DNA of 64,000 nucleotides from Rickettsiales bacterium (lineage in GTDB: Bacteria; Pseudomonadota; Alphaproteobacteria; Rickettsiales; SXRF01), in contig JAJTHB010000005.1 in NCBI GenBank assembly GCA_021299465.1, forward strand, positions 254,971-318,970. Reading direction: 5' to 3'. Positions 38,202 through 47,809 of the stretch are shown piece by piece. The notes beneath the pieces were generated by a model. The model ran no database searches. It was not told where the DNA came from and saw only the letters and a program-made list of their open reading frames with translations. The position numbers and the translations under genes are program-made. The first letter of the stretch is position 1; each line of letters starts with the position of its first letter.

Positions 38202-41200
38202 TTATGCCGCTTTAGCAATTGAAATAATGACCTTCTTATCATCAATCTCGCTTTCGGTCGAGAAGGAGGCTGTTGCCGGCTTTTGCGCGAGCAGCGCGGT
38301 GGTGAGCGTCTGCTCCATCACATAATCCTTATGCGCCGCCAGCGCCGCGCTGATATTATCGGGCGCATCGATATGGAGTGAAATACGATCCGACACATGT
38401 AGCGCCGCATCCTTTCGCGCCTGCTGAATCGCCCGCACCATATCACGCGCGATGCCTTCGGCTTCGAGTTCCGGCGTGATTGTCGTATCCAGAATCACCA
38501 GCGCATCGTTAGTCGAAAGCGCCTGCGCGCGGTCTTTATATTCGGGCTTGGGTTCGAGCAGCAGCGAATATTCTCCTGCGAGCAACTTTTCGCCACAAAT
38601 CTCCACCGTACCATCCACCTGCCTCCACTCGCCCTTTTTTGAAGCCGGAATAATCTGCTTCATCTTCTCCGGCAGACGTTTCCCAAGGATGGGGTTATTG
38701 ATGGATAGTTTGAAGGTGGCATATTTGGAAATATCTAATTCTGAGTTCACTAGCTTCACGTTTACTTCATCTTCAATGATTTTTTTGTAATACTCACTAT
38801 TGGGTGCTTCTTTGAAATAGGATCCGATAAAACTCAACTTATTCAATGGTTGACGCACCCGTATATTTACACGATTACGAATCGCATGCGCTGCGTTGCA
38901 TACATTTCGAGTCCAATCCATAAGTCCTACATTGACTTCATCATGACTTAACTCGTGAGAGGAAATTTTCTGTACTGTCTGAAATGATGGAAACTCAGCC
39001 AGATGCAAGCTCTTACTGGTTAGGCCTTGATAAATTTCATCGAGCGTGAGCGGCAGAAGCGGTGCGGCGGCGCGGCACATCGTTTCGAGTACGGTGTAAA
39101 GCGTGTCGTAAGCTGCTTGCTTATCCGACGATTTTTCCTCCGCCCAGAAACGCTCCTTGCTGCGGCGAATGTACCAGTTATTAAGCACATCAAAAAACTG
39201 CGTTACAGCGTCGCATGCAGCTGGTGTGTCGTAGGCATCCAGCGCCGTGCGGATCGTATCAGTAGCCTGCGCGCATTTAGCGAGAATGTAGCGATCCATA
39301 ATGTTAGTTGGCGGTTCGCAGTTCGCAGTTTGCAGATGTTTTTCTTCTGACTGCCAACTGCCAACTGCCAACTGCGCACTGATTCCATCCGCATTCGCAT
39401 AGAGCGTTAAGAAGTTATAGGCGTTCCAGATCGGCTTGATGGCGAGGCGCACGACATCGCGGATGAATTTGCCCTCAGGGTCAACGGCCAAATCTTGCCC
39501 GCGCATCACAGGGCTGGAGATCATCAGCCAGCGTAGCGCGTCCGCGCCATATTTATCCATCACCTCCATCGGGTCTTTATAGTTCTTGAGGCGCTTGGAA
39601 TATTTAAGGCCAGTTTCAGAGTCCAGCACCACGCCGTGACAAATACAATTCTTAAACGGCGCTTTGTCGAAAAGGGCAGTCGAAAGCATAATCAGCGTGT
39701 TAAACCAGCCGCGCGTCTGGCCGACATATTCGGTGATGAAATCCGCCGGAAAATGTTTTTCAAACCAGTCTTTGTTTTCAAACGGATAATGCACCTGCGC
39801 GAACGGCATCGAGCCAGATTCAAACCAGCAATCGAACACATCTTCTACGCGCGTGTAAGTTTCGCCATCTTTCTCAATCGTGATGTCATCGATATAAGGG
39901 CGGTGAAGATCAGTTACTTTTTTGCCGGAAAGTTTTTCCAGCTCTTCAATGCTACCAATTACAATTAGTTTGCCGGATTTCGCGCGCCAAACAGGAATCG
40001 GCGTGCCCCAGAAGCGGTTGCGCGAGATACTCCAATCCGGCGCGGTAGCGAGCATATGCCCCATCTGGCCATCCCGGATATGTTCAGGAATCCAGTTGAT
40101 CGTCTTATTAATCTCAACTGCGCGATCGCGGAATTTGGTCACCTCCACATACCAGCTTGGCATCGCGCGGTAAATCAACGGCATATCCGTGCGCCAGCAA
40201 TGCGGGTAGTTGTGTTTGAAATCTTCCTGCTTAATCAGCTGGCCGGTTTGTTTGAGGTAATTGATGATGCGCAGATTCGCGAGGCCGAATTTTGCGAGCT
40301 GCTCCGGTTTGTAAGGCTCGCTTTCCAGCTTGCCTTCTGTTTGCGCAATGACGTTAAGGCCACGTAATTGTAATTTGTCATTCCGAGCCAAGGGCGAGGA
40401 ATCTTTAGATCCCTCCGCTGGCGCGTTCGGGATGACAGGAAATGGAATATCAAAAATCTCATCCGTATATTTGCCTTGGCCATCAACCGGTACGACCAGC
40501 TCGATGCCGTTTGCTTCGCAGCATCTCTGGTCATCCTCACCAAAGCCCGGCGCCATATGTACGATGCCCGTACCATCACCATCAGTGACGAATGACGAGC
40601 CATCGAGAATGCGGAAGGCGTTTTTGTGATTAGCAAAGTAAGGGAAGAGAGGTTTGTAGGAGAGGCCGACTAAATCATTAGCAGTTATGCCTGTTATGAT
40701 TCGCATATGCTCTGCGCTGCCATGCTTTTGAGCAAAGTTATTAGCGCATATGTTTACGATGCCGGGCTTATCGTCATCCAGTAAATAAACATATTCAACT
40801 TCTTTTCCTACAGCCAAAGCCAGATTGCTTGGCAATGTCCAAGGCGTTGTCGTCCATGCGAGCACATAATATTTATCGGCTTTCGGCGCGCCTTTTGGGG
40901 CTTCTGTAAGTTCAAACGCCACCGTAATCGCCTTATCTTCGCGCTCACGATACGAATTATCCAGCTTCGTCTCAAAATTACTTAAGGGCGTTTCCGCCGC
41001 CCAGCTATAGGGCATCACGCGGTGGGCTTCATAGACAAGGCCTTTGTCATAAAGCTGCTTAAATGCCCACAGCACGGATTCCATGAAATTTTTATCCATG
41101 GTTTTGTAGTCGTTTTTGAAATCCACCCAGCGCGCTTGGCGCGTCACATAATCTTCCCATTCGCGGGTGTATTTCATCACGCTGGTGCGGCAATGCTCGT

Positions 41201-41561
41201 TGAATTTGCCGATGCCATAATTGGTAATCGCGGCGCGGCCAGAGATGCCGAGCTCTTTTTCGCTGCCCATCTCGGCGGGCAGGCCATGACAGTCCCAACC
41301 GAAGCGGCGTTCCACCTTTTTCCCGCGCATCGTTTGGTAGCGTGCGTAGAGATCTTTCACATAGCCGGTGAGCAGGTGGCCATAATGCGGCAGGCCGTTG
41401 GCAAAGGGCGGGCCATCGTAGAAAATGAATTCCTTGGCGTCTTTGCGGTTATCAATCGAGGCCTGAAAACTGTTTTCAGCCTTCCAGCGCGCAAGCACCG
41501 CTTCTTCGATTTTGGCAAAATCCGGGTTGGGATCGACGTCAGGATAGTGTTTCTTGGTCAT
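38202..41561 (-). CDS. ileS: Isoleucine--tRNA ligase, type 2 (eukaryote-like)
   Basis: DGPPFANGLPHYGH, GWDCHGLP, WTTTPWTLPSN, DWSISRNRFWGTP, QTRGWF, KYSKR; type-2 C-terminus. Confidence 0.97.
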   Translation of the reverse strand: MTKKHYPDVDPNPDFAKIEEAVLARWKAENSFQASIDNRKDAKEFIFYDGPPFANGLPHYGHLLTGYVKDLYARYQTMRGKKVERRFGWDCHGLPAEMGSEKELGISGRAAITNYGIGKFNEHCRTSVMKYTREWEDYVTRQARWVDFKNDYKTMDKNFMESVLWAFKQLYDKGLVYEAHRVMPYSWAAETPLSNFETKLDNSYREREDKAITVAFELTEAPKGAPKADKYYVLAWTTTPWTLPSNLALAVGKEVEYVYLLDDDKPGIVNICANNFAQKHGSAEHMRIITGITANDLVGLSYKPLFPYFANHKNAFRILDGSSFVTDGDGTGIVHMAPGFGEDDQRCCEANGIELVVPVDGQGKYTDEIFDIPFPVIPNAPAEGSKDSSPLARNDKLQLRGLNVIAQTEGKLESEPYKPEQLAKFGLANLRIINYLKQTGQLIKQEDFKHNYPHCWRTDMPLIYRAMPSWYVEVTKFRDRAVEINKTINWIPEHIRDGQMGHMLATAPDWSISRNRFWGTPIPVWRAKSGKLIVIGSIEELEKLSGKKVTDLHRPYIDDITIEKDGETYTRVEDVFDCWFESGSMPFAQVHYPFENKDWFEKHFPADFITEYVGQTRGWFNTLIMLSTALFDKAPFKNCICHGVVLDSETGLKYSKRLKNYKDPMEVMDKYGADALRWLMISSPVMRGQDLAVDPEGKFIRDVVRLAIKPIWNAYNFLTLYANADGISAQLAVGSWQSEEKHLQTANCEPPTNIMDRYILAKCAQATDTIRTALDAYDTPAACDAVTQFFDVLNNWYIRRSKERFWAEEKSSDKQAAYDTLYTVLETMCRAAAPLLPLTLDEIYQGLTSKSLHLAEFPSFQTVQKISSHELSHDEVNVGLMDWTRNVCNAAHAIRNRVNIRVRQPLNKLSFIGSYFKEAPNSEYYKKIIEDEVNVKLVNSELDISKYATFKLSINNPILGKRLPEKMKQIIPASKKGEWRQVDGTVEICGEKLLAGEYSLLLEPKPEYKDRAQALSTNDALVILDTTITPELEAEGIARDMVRAIQQARKDAALHVSDRISLHIDAPDNISAALAAHKDYVMEQTLTTALLAQKPATASFSTESEIDDKKVIISIAKAA
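39306..39380. repeat. Heptamer-periodic palindrome inserted in frame in ileS
   Basis: agttggc-ggttcgc-agttcgc-agtttgc-ag N15 (ctgccaa)x3-ctgcgca-ct; 75 bp; encodes SAQLAVGSWQSEEKHLQTANCEPPT. Confidence 0.85.
40376..40437. repeat. TGTCAT..ATGACA palindromic element inserted in frame in ileS
   Basis: TGTCATTCCGAGCCAAGGGCGAGGAATCT-TT-AGATCCCTCCGCTGGCGCGTTCGGGATGACA; encodes VIPNAPAEGSKDSSPLARND. Confidence 0.85.
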
Positions 41562-41642
41562 TATTTTAATAGTTTAGTTAGGTTTAGAGACTAGTGTTTC
41601 TATCGTTTTAAGGCATCACTTGCAACCAGCAACATAAGCGCA

Positions 41643-42080
41643 ATGCACGAACAGCGACTAACACGTAGGTTATTGGCATATTGGGATTTAACCAGAGGTA
41701 CCGAAGCTATACCCGATGGCAGGAAATTTAACCCCGCTGCAATCGAGGATGTTTGGCCTTCATGTTTTCGTGTTGAAGTTAATGGGCGTGGGAAAAAGCC
41801 TATTTATCATTACGATTACATGGGCGAGCCGGTTGCTGAAATGTATGGCAGGGATTTAACCGGCACAGTCGTGGACCAAACAACCAAGCAATTTCCCGGC
41901 AAGGTGCTGCATTACAAATTTGATCAGGTGTTGGATTGTAAATCGCCGCTATCTGATGATGGGCATTTTATCAATGAAGCTGGGAAACTCATCAAATACC
42001 GCGCCTCCATATTGCCGCTTGGTAACAAAAAAAAGGGAGTAACACATATTATCGTTGGAATAAGTTGTCGCTACTTCTAA
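41643..42080 (+). CDS. Stand-alone PAS-domain protein (PAS_5/DUF1457-like)
   Basis: LLAYW, FNPAAI, MGEPVAEMYGRDLTG, YRASILPLG. Confidence 0.75.
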   Translation: MHEQRLTRRLLAYWDLTRGTEAIPDGRKFNPAAIEDVWPSCFRVEVNGRGKKPIYHYDYMGEPVAEMYGRDLTGTVVDQTTKQFPGKVLHYKFDQVLDCKSPLSDDGHFINEAGKLIKYRASILPLGNKKKGVTHIIVGISCRYF

Positions 42081-42146
42081 CGAATGATTGACGATAGCGT
42101 GTGAATCAGCGATATATTAAGCCCTTCAAATAACGGCGTATATCCT

Positions 42147-43322
42147 ATGCATAAAGAGACTTTACTGGCGACACTCGGCTGCCAGCCAGAACATCATCGC
42201 GGCGTGGTGAACATGCCGCCGCACCGCGCATCAACGATTTTATTTCCCACCATGGCGGAGCTGGAAGCGGCGGAGGGCAAGGATATTCCCGATGTCACGT
42301 ATGGCCGCTATGGCACCCCCACCACCGCCGCGCTGGAAGATACTATCGCGCAGCTGGAAGGCGTGGAGCATGCGATTGCAACAGCGTCTGGCTTATCGGC
42401 CATTGCTGTTTCGCTGATGGCCTTCTTGAAAAGCGGCGATCATGTATTGATGGCGGATAGCGTTTATGGTCCCTCGCGTCGCTTCTGTAACAACGAGCTG
42501 AAACGTTTTGGTGTTGAAACCACTTATTATGACCCCACCATTGGCGCGGGTATCAAAGCACTAATCAAGCCAAATACCAAAGTGATCTATTGCGAAAGCC
42601 CGGGTTCGCTAACTTTTGAGGTGCAGGATATCCCTGCCATTTCGAAAGTGGCGCGCGAGCATGACATCATCGTGATGCTGGATAATACGTGGGCGACGCT
42701 GTTTTACAACCGCCCGTTCGAACTGGGCGCGGATATTGTTATCCATTCGGCGACCAAATATTTTTCCGGCCATTCAGACCTTGTTATGGGATCGATCGCC
42801 TGCCGCCCGAAGCATTATAAAAACCTGGTGATGACCTTCCGCAATGTTGGGCCATGCCCCAGCGGCGACAACTGCTACCTCGCACTACGCGGTTTGCGCA
42901 CGATGGGCGTTCGCGTGAAACAACAATATGACAATGCGATGATCGTAGCAAAATGGCTGAAGGCAAGACCAGAAGTAGAGGAAGTTCTTTTTCCGGCGCT
43001 GCCGGGCGCGCCCGGGCATGAAATATGGAAACGCGATTTCACCGGCGCTTCCAGCCTGTTTGCCATCGCTATGAAGGGCGGCGACAAAAAAGCCGTGGCC
43101 GAGATGGTGGATCACCTTGAGCTGTTTGGCCTTGGCTACAGCTGGGGTGGTTATGAAAGCCTTGTGATGCCCAATAACCTCAAAGGCCGCGTGGCGACGC
43201 AGTGGAAATATTCCGGCCCGGGCATCCGCCTGCATATCGGGCTTGAGCATCCGGATGACATCATCAAAGACTTAGAGGCAGGGCTGAAGCGCTACGCCAG
43301 CGCATCCAAAGCAGCAGCCTGA
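42147..43322 (+). CDS. metC: Cystathionine beta-lyase
   Basis: YGRYGTPT, ESPGSLTFE, DNTWAT, SATKY, GYSWGGYESL. Confidence 0.94.
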   Translation: MHKETLLATLGCQPEHHRGVVNMPPHRASTILFPTMAELEAAEGKDIPDVTYGRYGTPTTAALEDTIAQLEGVEHAIATASGLSAIAVSLMAFLKSGDHVLMADSVYGPSRRFCNNELKRFGVETTYYDPTIGAGIKALIKPNTKVIYCESPGSLTFEVQDIPAISKVAREHDIIVMLDNTWATLFYNRPFELGADIVIHSATKYFSGHSDLVMGSIACRPKHYKNLVMTFRNVGPCPSGDNCYLALRGLRTMGVRVKQQYDNAMIVAKWLKARPEVEEVLFPALPGAPGHEIWKRDFTGASSLFAIAMKGGDKKAVAEMVDHLELFGLGYSWGGYESLVMPNNLKGRVATQWKYSGPGIRLHIGLEHPDDIIKDLEAGLKRYASASKAAA

Positions 43323-43325
43323 TTC

Positions 43326-44177
43326 ATGAAGCGCTCGCAAATTTCTGGTTTTACGCTCGTCGAGCTTTCGATTGTTCTTGTTATTATCGGTTTAATTACT
43401 GGTGGTGTGCTGGTCGGCAGAGATCTCATATTTGCAGCACAGGTTCGCCAGCAAATTTCTCAAATCGAAAGTCTGGATGTGGCAACCAATACATTTAAGT
43501 TAAAATATAATGCCATTCCAGGGGATATCAAAAACGCATCTGAACTTAATCTTGGAACCGCTGGAGGACCCGGAGATAATGGCAATGGCAATGGACAGCT
43601 GGATGTTGGTGCGGGATCAGTACTCGAAACCCATAGATTCTGGCATCATCTCAGCAGGTCGAACCTAATTAATGGCACTTATAATCAGCCAGTACCATAT
43701 GATCCTTACTTTGGCCCACTACCAGGAAAAGATTCTCCTGCGCTTAAACTTCCGATGATTGCATTGGATGGCAACGGCACACCATCCCAAAGAAATAATA
43801 TTGGTGGCATTGTTGTCGCCTATTCGCGAATGTATAAAGACATTATGGATCTACCTTTTACTAACGCATGGCTTATGGCAACATCAAGCTACGATACTGA
43901 AGCAATTGGTGGCTATCCTGGAGTTTATGCACGCTCTATTGATTTCAAACTAGACGATGGCGCACCAACAAGTGGCAATATTGTTGGAGTGAGGAATGCA
44001 TCTAGTGCCTCGTGTTCAGGTGGCATATGCTATGCGGTGCTTGATTATGGCCCTTTCACGAGTGATGGCGATCCAGACAATTCATGTATCGATGACAGTG
44101 TAACTCCATCCGTGTATGTAAATAACATGAAGCCAGCCGCAGAAAGCTGCGCATTGATTGTACGCGCAGGATTTTAA
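43326..44177 (+). CDS. Prepilin-type N-terminal cleavage/methylation domain protein
   Basis: GFTLVELSIVLVIIGL, KYNAIPGD, GNGNGQ, IDFKLDDG.P.SG, C-terminal cysteines. Confidence 0.88.
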   Translation: MKRSQISGFTLVELSIVLVIIGLITGGVLVGRDLIFAAQVRQQISQIESLDVATNTFKLKYNAIPGDIKNASELNLGTAGGPGDNGNGNGQLDVGAGSVLETHRFWHHLSRSNLINGTYNQPVPYDPYFGPLPGKDSPALKLPMIALDGNGTPSQRNNIGGIVVAYSRMYKDIMDLPFTNAWLMATSSYDTEAIGGYPGVYARSIDFKLDDGAPTSGNIVGVRNASSASCSGGICYAVLDYGPFTSDGDPDNSCIDDSVTPSVYVNNMKPAAESCALIVRAGF

Positions 44178-44184
44178 ATTTAAA

Positions 44185-45384
44185 TCATTTAAGCAGCCTT
44201 AACCTCAGCGCGTTCAGCTTGATAAAGCCAGCAGCGTCTTTCTGGTCATAAGCGCCGCGGTCATCTTCAAAGGTCACTACTTTTTCGCTGTAGAGTGATT
44301 TGGGGGATTTACGACCATCGACCGACACCGAGCCTTTGAAGAGTTTCAGGCGCACAGTGCCGCTAACATTCACTTGTGATTTGTCGATCAGGGCTTGCAG
44401 CATTTCGCGCTCTGGCGACCACCAGTAGCCGTTATAAATCAGCTCGGCGTAGCGCGGCATCAGCTCGTCTTTCAGGTGTGATGCGCCGCGATCCAGCGTA
44501 ATCGATTCGATGGCGCGATGCGCGCTTAGCAGAATGGTACCGCCCGGCGTTTCATACACACCGCGCGATTTCATACCGACATAGCGATTTTCAACCATGT
44601 CGAGGCGGCCAATACCATGGTTGCCGCCTAGTTCATTGAGTGTGGTCAGTAGCGCAGCGGGGGTCAATTTCACGCCATTCACTGCCACCGCATCTCCTTT
44701 TTCAAATTCTACCTCGATAAACTCCGGCTTATCAGGCGCCTTTTCTGGCGCCACAGAACGGGTGAACATATCCTCATGCGGCGCAATCCAAGGGTCTTCC
44801 AGCACTTTGCCTTCATAGGAAATATGGAGCAGATTCGCGTCAGTAGAGTAGGGGGCTTCGCCGCGCTTGTCTTTTGCAATCGGAATCTGGTGCTTTTCGG
44901 CATATTCAATCAGCTTAGTGCGGCTGGTTAAATCCCATTCCCGCCACGGGGCGATGACTTTAATATCAGGCTTCAGCGCATAATAGCCCAGCTCAAAGCG
45001 CACCTGATCATTGCCCTTGCCGGTTGCGCCATGCGCCACCGCATCGGCGCCGGTGGCAATGGCAATTTCAATCTGCCGTTTGGCGATCAGCGGGCGTGCG
45101 ATGGAGGTGCCAAGAAGATAAACACCCTCATAAAGCGCATTAGCGCGGAACATGGGAAACACATAATCACGAACAAATTCCTCGCGCAGGTCTTCCACGA
45201 AAATTTGTTTCGCGCCCATCATTTCAGCTTTCTGGCGCGCTGGTTCCAGCTCGCCGCCCTGACCAAGATCAGCGGTAAATGTGACCACCTCGCAGCCATA
45301 GGTTTCCTGTAGCCAGCGAAGAATAATCGAGGTATCCAGCCCGCCAGAGTAGGCAAGCACGACTTTATTCACTGATTTAGTCAC
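44185..45384 (-). CDS. argG: Argininosuccinate synthase
   Basis: [31 protein letters not shown]; GTG start. Confidence 0.97.
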   Translation of the reverse strand: MTKSVNKVVLAYSGGLDTSIILRWLQETYGCEVVTFTADLGQGGELEPARQKAEMMGAKQIFVEDLREEFVRDYVFPMFRANALYEGVYLLGTSIARPLIAKRQIEIAIATGADAVAHGATGKGNDQVRFELGYYALKPDIKVIAPWREWDLTSRTKLIEYAEKHQIPIAKDKRGEAPYSTDANLLHISYEGKVLEDPWIAPHEDMFTRSVAPEKAPDKPEFIEVEFEKGDAVAVNGVKLTPAALLTTLNELGGNHGIGRLDMVENRYVGMKSRGVYETPGGTILLSAHRAIESITLDRGASHLKDELMPRYAELIYNGYWWSPEREMLQALIDKSQVNVSGTVRLKLFKGSVSVDGRKSPKSLYSEKVVTFEDDRGAYDQKDAAGFIKLNALRLRLLK

Positions 45385-45492
45385 AAAAACCCTCTTTCTA
45401 AGTTTGTTTGGGGGGCGCACCTTGACAAAACTATTGCGATGAATCAAGGGGCATAGTAGTCTGATGTACTATAGCTATAGAATAGGGAGATT

Positions 45493-45762
45493 ATGGCTGA
45501 AAAATCACAAAATATTCAAGACGTGTTTCTCAACACGCTGAGAAAAAAGAAAATTCCGGTGACGGTATTTTTGTCAAATGGCGTGAAGTTGCAGGGCAAT
45601 ATCACTGCCTTTGATAATTTCTCGCTACTGCTTCGCCGCGGGCCGCAGGTTCAATTGGTGTATAAGCATACCATTGCCACTGTGGTTCCATCCGCTCCGG
45701 TCAGCCTTCAGGATGAAGAGGGTGTAGACGCGGCAATGAGCGATGCGGCTCTTCACGATTAA
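45493..45762 (+). CDS. hfq: RNA chaperone Hfq
   Basis: QDVFLN, NGVKLQG, QLVYKH; GGGAG RBS; promoter TTGCGA-N17-TAGTCT at 45434-45462. Confidence 0.97.
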   Translation: MAEKSQNIQDVFLNTLRKKKIPVTVFLSNGVKLQGNITAFDNFSLLLRRGPQVQLVYKHTIATVVPSAPVSLQDEEGVDAAMSDAALHD

Positions 45763-45768
45763 CTCTCT

Positions 45769-47034
45769 TTGACAACTTCCACAGAGCAAGTTTTTATCGT
45801 TCATCCTTGGCTGAAAAAACCCAAGGAGATGATGCTGCGTGGAGCTGATTCGTGCGTTGAAGAAGCCATTGGTCTTGCCCACGCAATTGACTTAAAGGTC
45901 GTAGGCACCGCCGCTGTGGCGCTGCCCAAAACCGTTCCAGCTACACTCATCGGTTCAGGCAAGGTTGAAGAACTTGCTGAAGAGATTAAAAGCCTTGAGG
46001 CAGGCCTTGCGATCGTTAACCATGCCCTGAGCCCCATCCAACAGCGTAATTTGGAGAAAGCATGGAACTGCAAGGTCATTGATCGCACCGCGCTGATTCT
46101 TGAAATTTTCGGGGCGAGGGCACGCACACACGAAGGCAAATTACAGGTTGAGCTGGCGGCGCTGGAATACCAGAAAGGCAGGCTGGTTCGCTCATGGACG
46201 CATTTGGAACGCCAGCGCGGCGGCTTTGGCTTTCTTGGAGGCCCGGGTGAATCGCAGATCGAGATAGATAGGCGCCTGATCCGCGACCGAATTTCTAAAA
46301 TCAAAAAGCAGCTTGAGCAGGTGACACGTACGCGCGAGCTGCACCGCAAAGTACGGCGCGAAACACCTTATCCGGTGGTGGCGCTGGTTGGTTATACCAA
46401 TGCCGGCAAATCGACCTTGTTTAATAAACTAACCGGCGCATCGGTGATGGCAATGGATAAGCTTTTTGCCACGCTGGATCCAACCATGCGCCAGCTCACA
46501 TTGCCCTCTGGTAAAAAAATTATTCTATCTGACACCGTAGGATTTGTATCCAATCTCCCGACAGAGCTGGTCGCGGCCTTCCGCGCGACGCTGGAGGAAG
46601 TGCTTGAGGCAGAATTATTACTTCATATACGAGATATTGCTCATCCTGATTCTGCGGCGCAAAAACATGATGTCGAGTCAGTCTTGCGAAGCTTGTTCAA
46701 GTCTGAGAATGTGCCGGATAATGTCATTGAAGTGCGCAATAAAATTGATCTGCTGGAGCATCAGGATCAGACTGAAGGGCTGGGCATATCCGCGATCAGC
46801 GGACAGGGGATAGATAAGCTGCTTACCTTTATTGAACGCGAAATCGAGCAGCGCTTCTACATCCCTTCAACCTTCACACTCAAACTTGATGATGGCAAGG
46901 CGTTGGCATGGCTGCATGCACATGGCAAAATCACAAGCCAAGAAATAGATGACGACCGGCTGCAAGTTAAGGTACAACTCTCAAAAGAGAACACCAGCCG
47001 CTTCGAACATCTCTATGCTTCTTCACTATATTAA
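45769..47034 (+). CDS. hflX: GTPase HflX
   Basis: HLERQRGG, GPGESQIE, GYTNAGKST, LFATLDPT, DTVGF. Confidence 0.97.
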   Translation: MTTSTEQVFIVHPWLKKPKEMMLRGADSCVEEAIGLAHAIDLKVVGTAAVALPKTVPATLIGSGKVEELAEEIKSLEAGLAIVNHALSPIQQRNLEKAWNCKVIDRTALILEIFGARARTHEGKLQVELAALEYQKGRLVRSWTHLERQRGGFGFLGGPGESQIEIDRRLIRDRISKIKKQLEQVTRTRELHRKVRRETPYPVVALVGYTNAGKSTLFNKLTGASVMAMDKLFATLDPTMRQLTLPSGKKIILSDTVGFVSNLPTELVAAFRATLEEVLEAELLLHIRDIAHPDSAAQKHDVESVLRSLFKSENVPDNVIEVRNKIDLLEHQDQTEGLGISAISGQGIDKLLTFIEREIEQRFYIPSTFTLKLDDGKALAWLHAHGKITSQEIDDDRLQVKVQLSKENTSRFEHLYASSLY

Positions 47035-47809
47035 CCGAATCTCACGCTATGTTTTCCTTGGCCTGTATTTGTTTGCCGCCTTTTCGGCACGACAAGCTGC
47101 CGCCATGCCAACCGTCACTGTGCTTGCTGAAAGCTCTCTGTCACTTGCCATAAGTGAATTAGCGCGGTCTTACTCTAAACAAGCGGATGTGATGGTTGGG
47201 GCATCCTTTGCCTCACAACAAGAACAACAGCAGCAAATTGAAGAAGGTGGCGAAGCAGACATTCTAATTACGACTCGCGCGCACTGGATCGAAGATTTGA
47301 AAACCCAAGGCCTGATTGATGTCTATTCAGAAGCGTTGATCGCCCGCAATCGCCTGGCACTGGTGAGCAAGCACGGAGGGGCGATTTCACCTCGTAATGA
47401 CGGTGTTTTTCCACTCAACGAAATGCTCAAATTATTCAGCTGGGAGCCATCTTTTGTTGTTGGGAATCCCGATGTGCTGGACGAAGGACGCTTTAGCAAA
47501 GAAGCCTTGCGCAACCTTGGAGTGGCTGGTGATTTAGAGGAATACACTCTTTACATCAAATCGCGCGCGCAGATGGAATCCATGATCAGCCAGCAGGGAA
47601 TGATCGGATTGATGTTTAATTCATCAGTCAGCGATAATCGTAACCTGCAAATGATCGATTTGCTGCCTGAATCATCGCATACACCAATTAATTATCATGC
47701 TGCTGTCATTGCAGGTGATAACATGCAAGAAGCAAGGCTGTTCATGAAGTTTTTAAACAGTGATACAGCCAAAGTGATTCTTCGCAGCCATGGCTTTTTT
47801 GTGGATTAG
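47015..47809 (+). CDS. Divergent ModA-like periplasmic substrate-binding protein
   Basis: Signal peptide, [44 protein letters not shown]. Confidence 0.75.
   Translation: MLLHYINRISRYVFLGLYLFAAFSARQAAAMPTVTVLAESSLSLAISELARSYSKQADVMVGASFASQQEQQQQIEEGGEADILITTRAHWIEDLKTQGLIDVYSEALIARNRLALVSKHGGAISPRNDGVFPLNEMLKLFSWEPSFVVGNPDVLDEGRFSKEALRNLGVAGDLEEYTLYIKSRAQMESMISQQGMIGLMFNSSVSDNRNLQMIDLLPESSHTPINYHAAVIAGDNMQEARLFMKFLNSDTAKVILRSHGFFVD

Noticed and set aside
39306-39380. Tandem repeats here and at 5512, 9794 and in the KKVA gene as a CRISPR array
   Set aside because: The units are 7-15 bp with no unique spacers and there are no cas genes.
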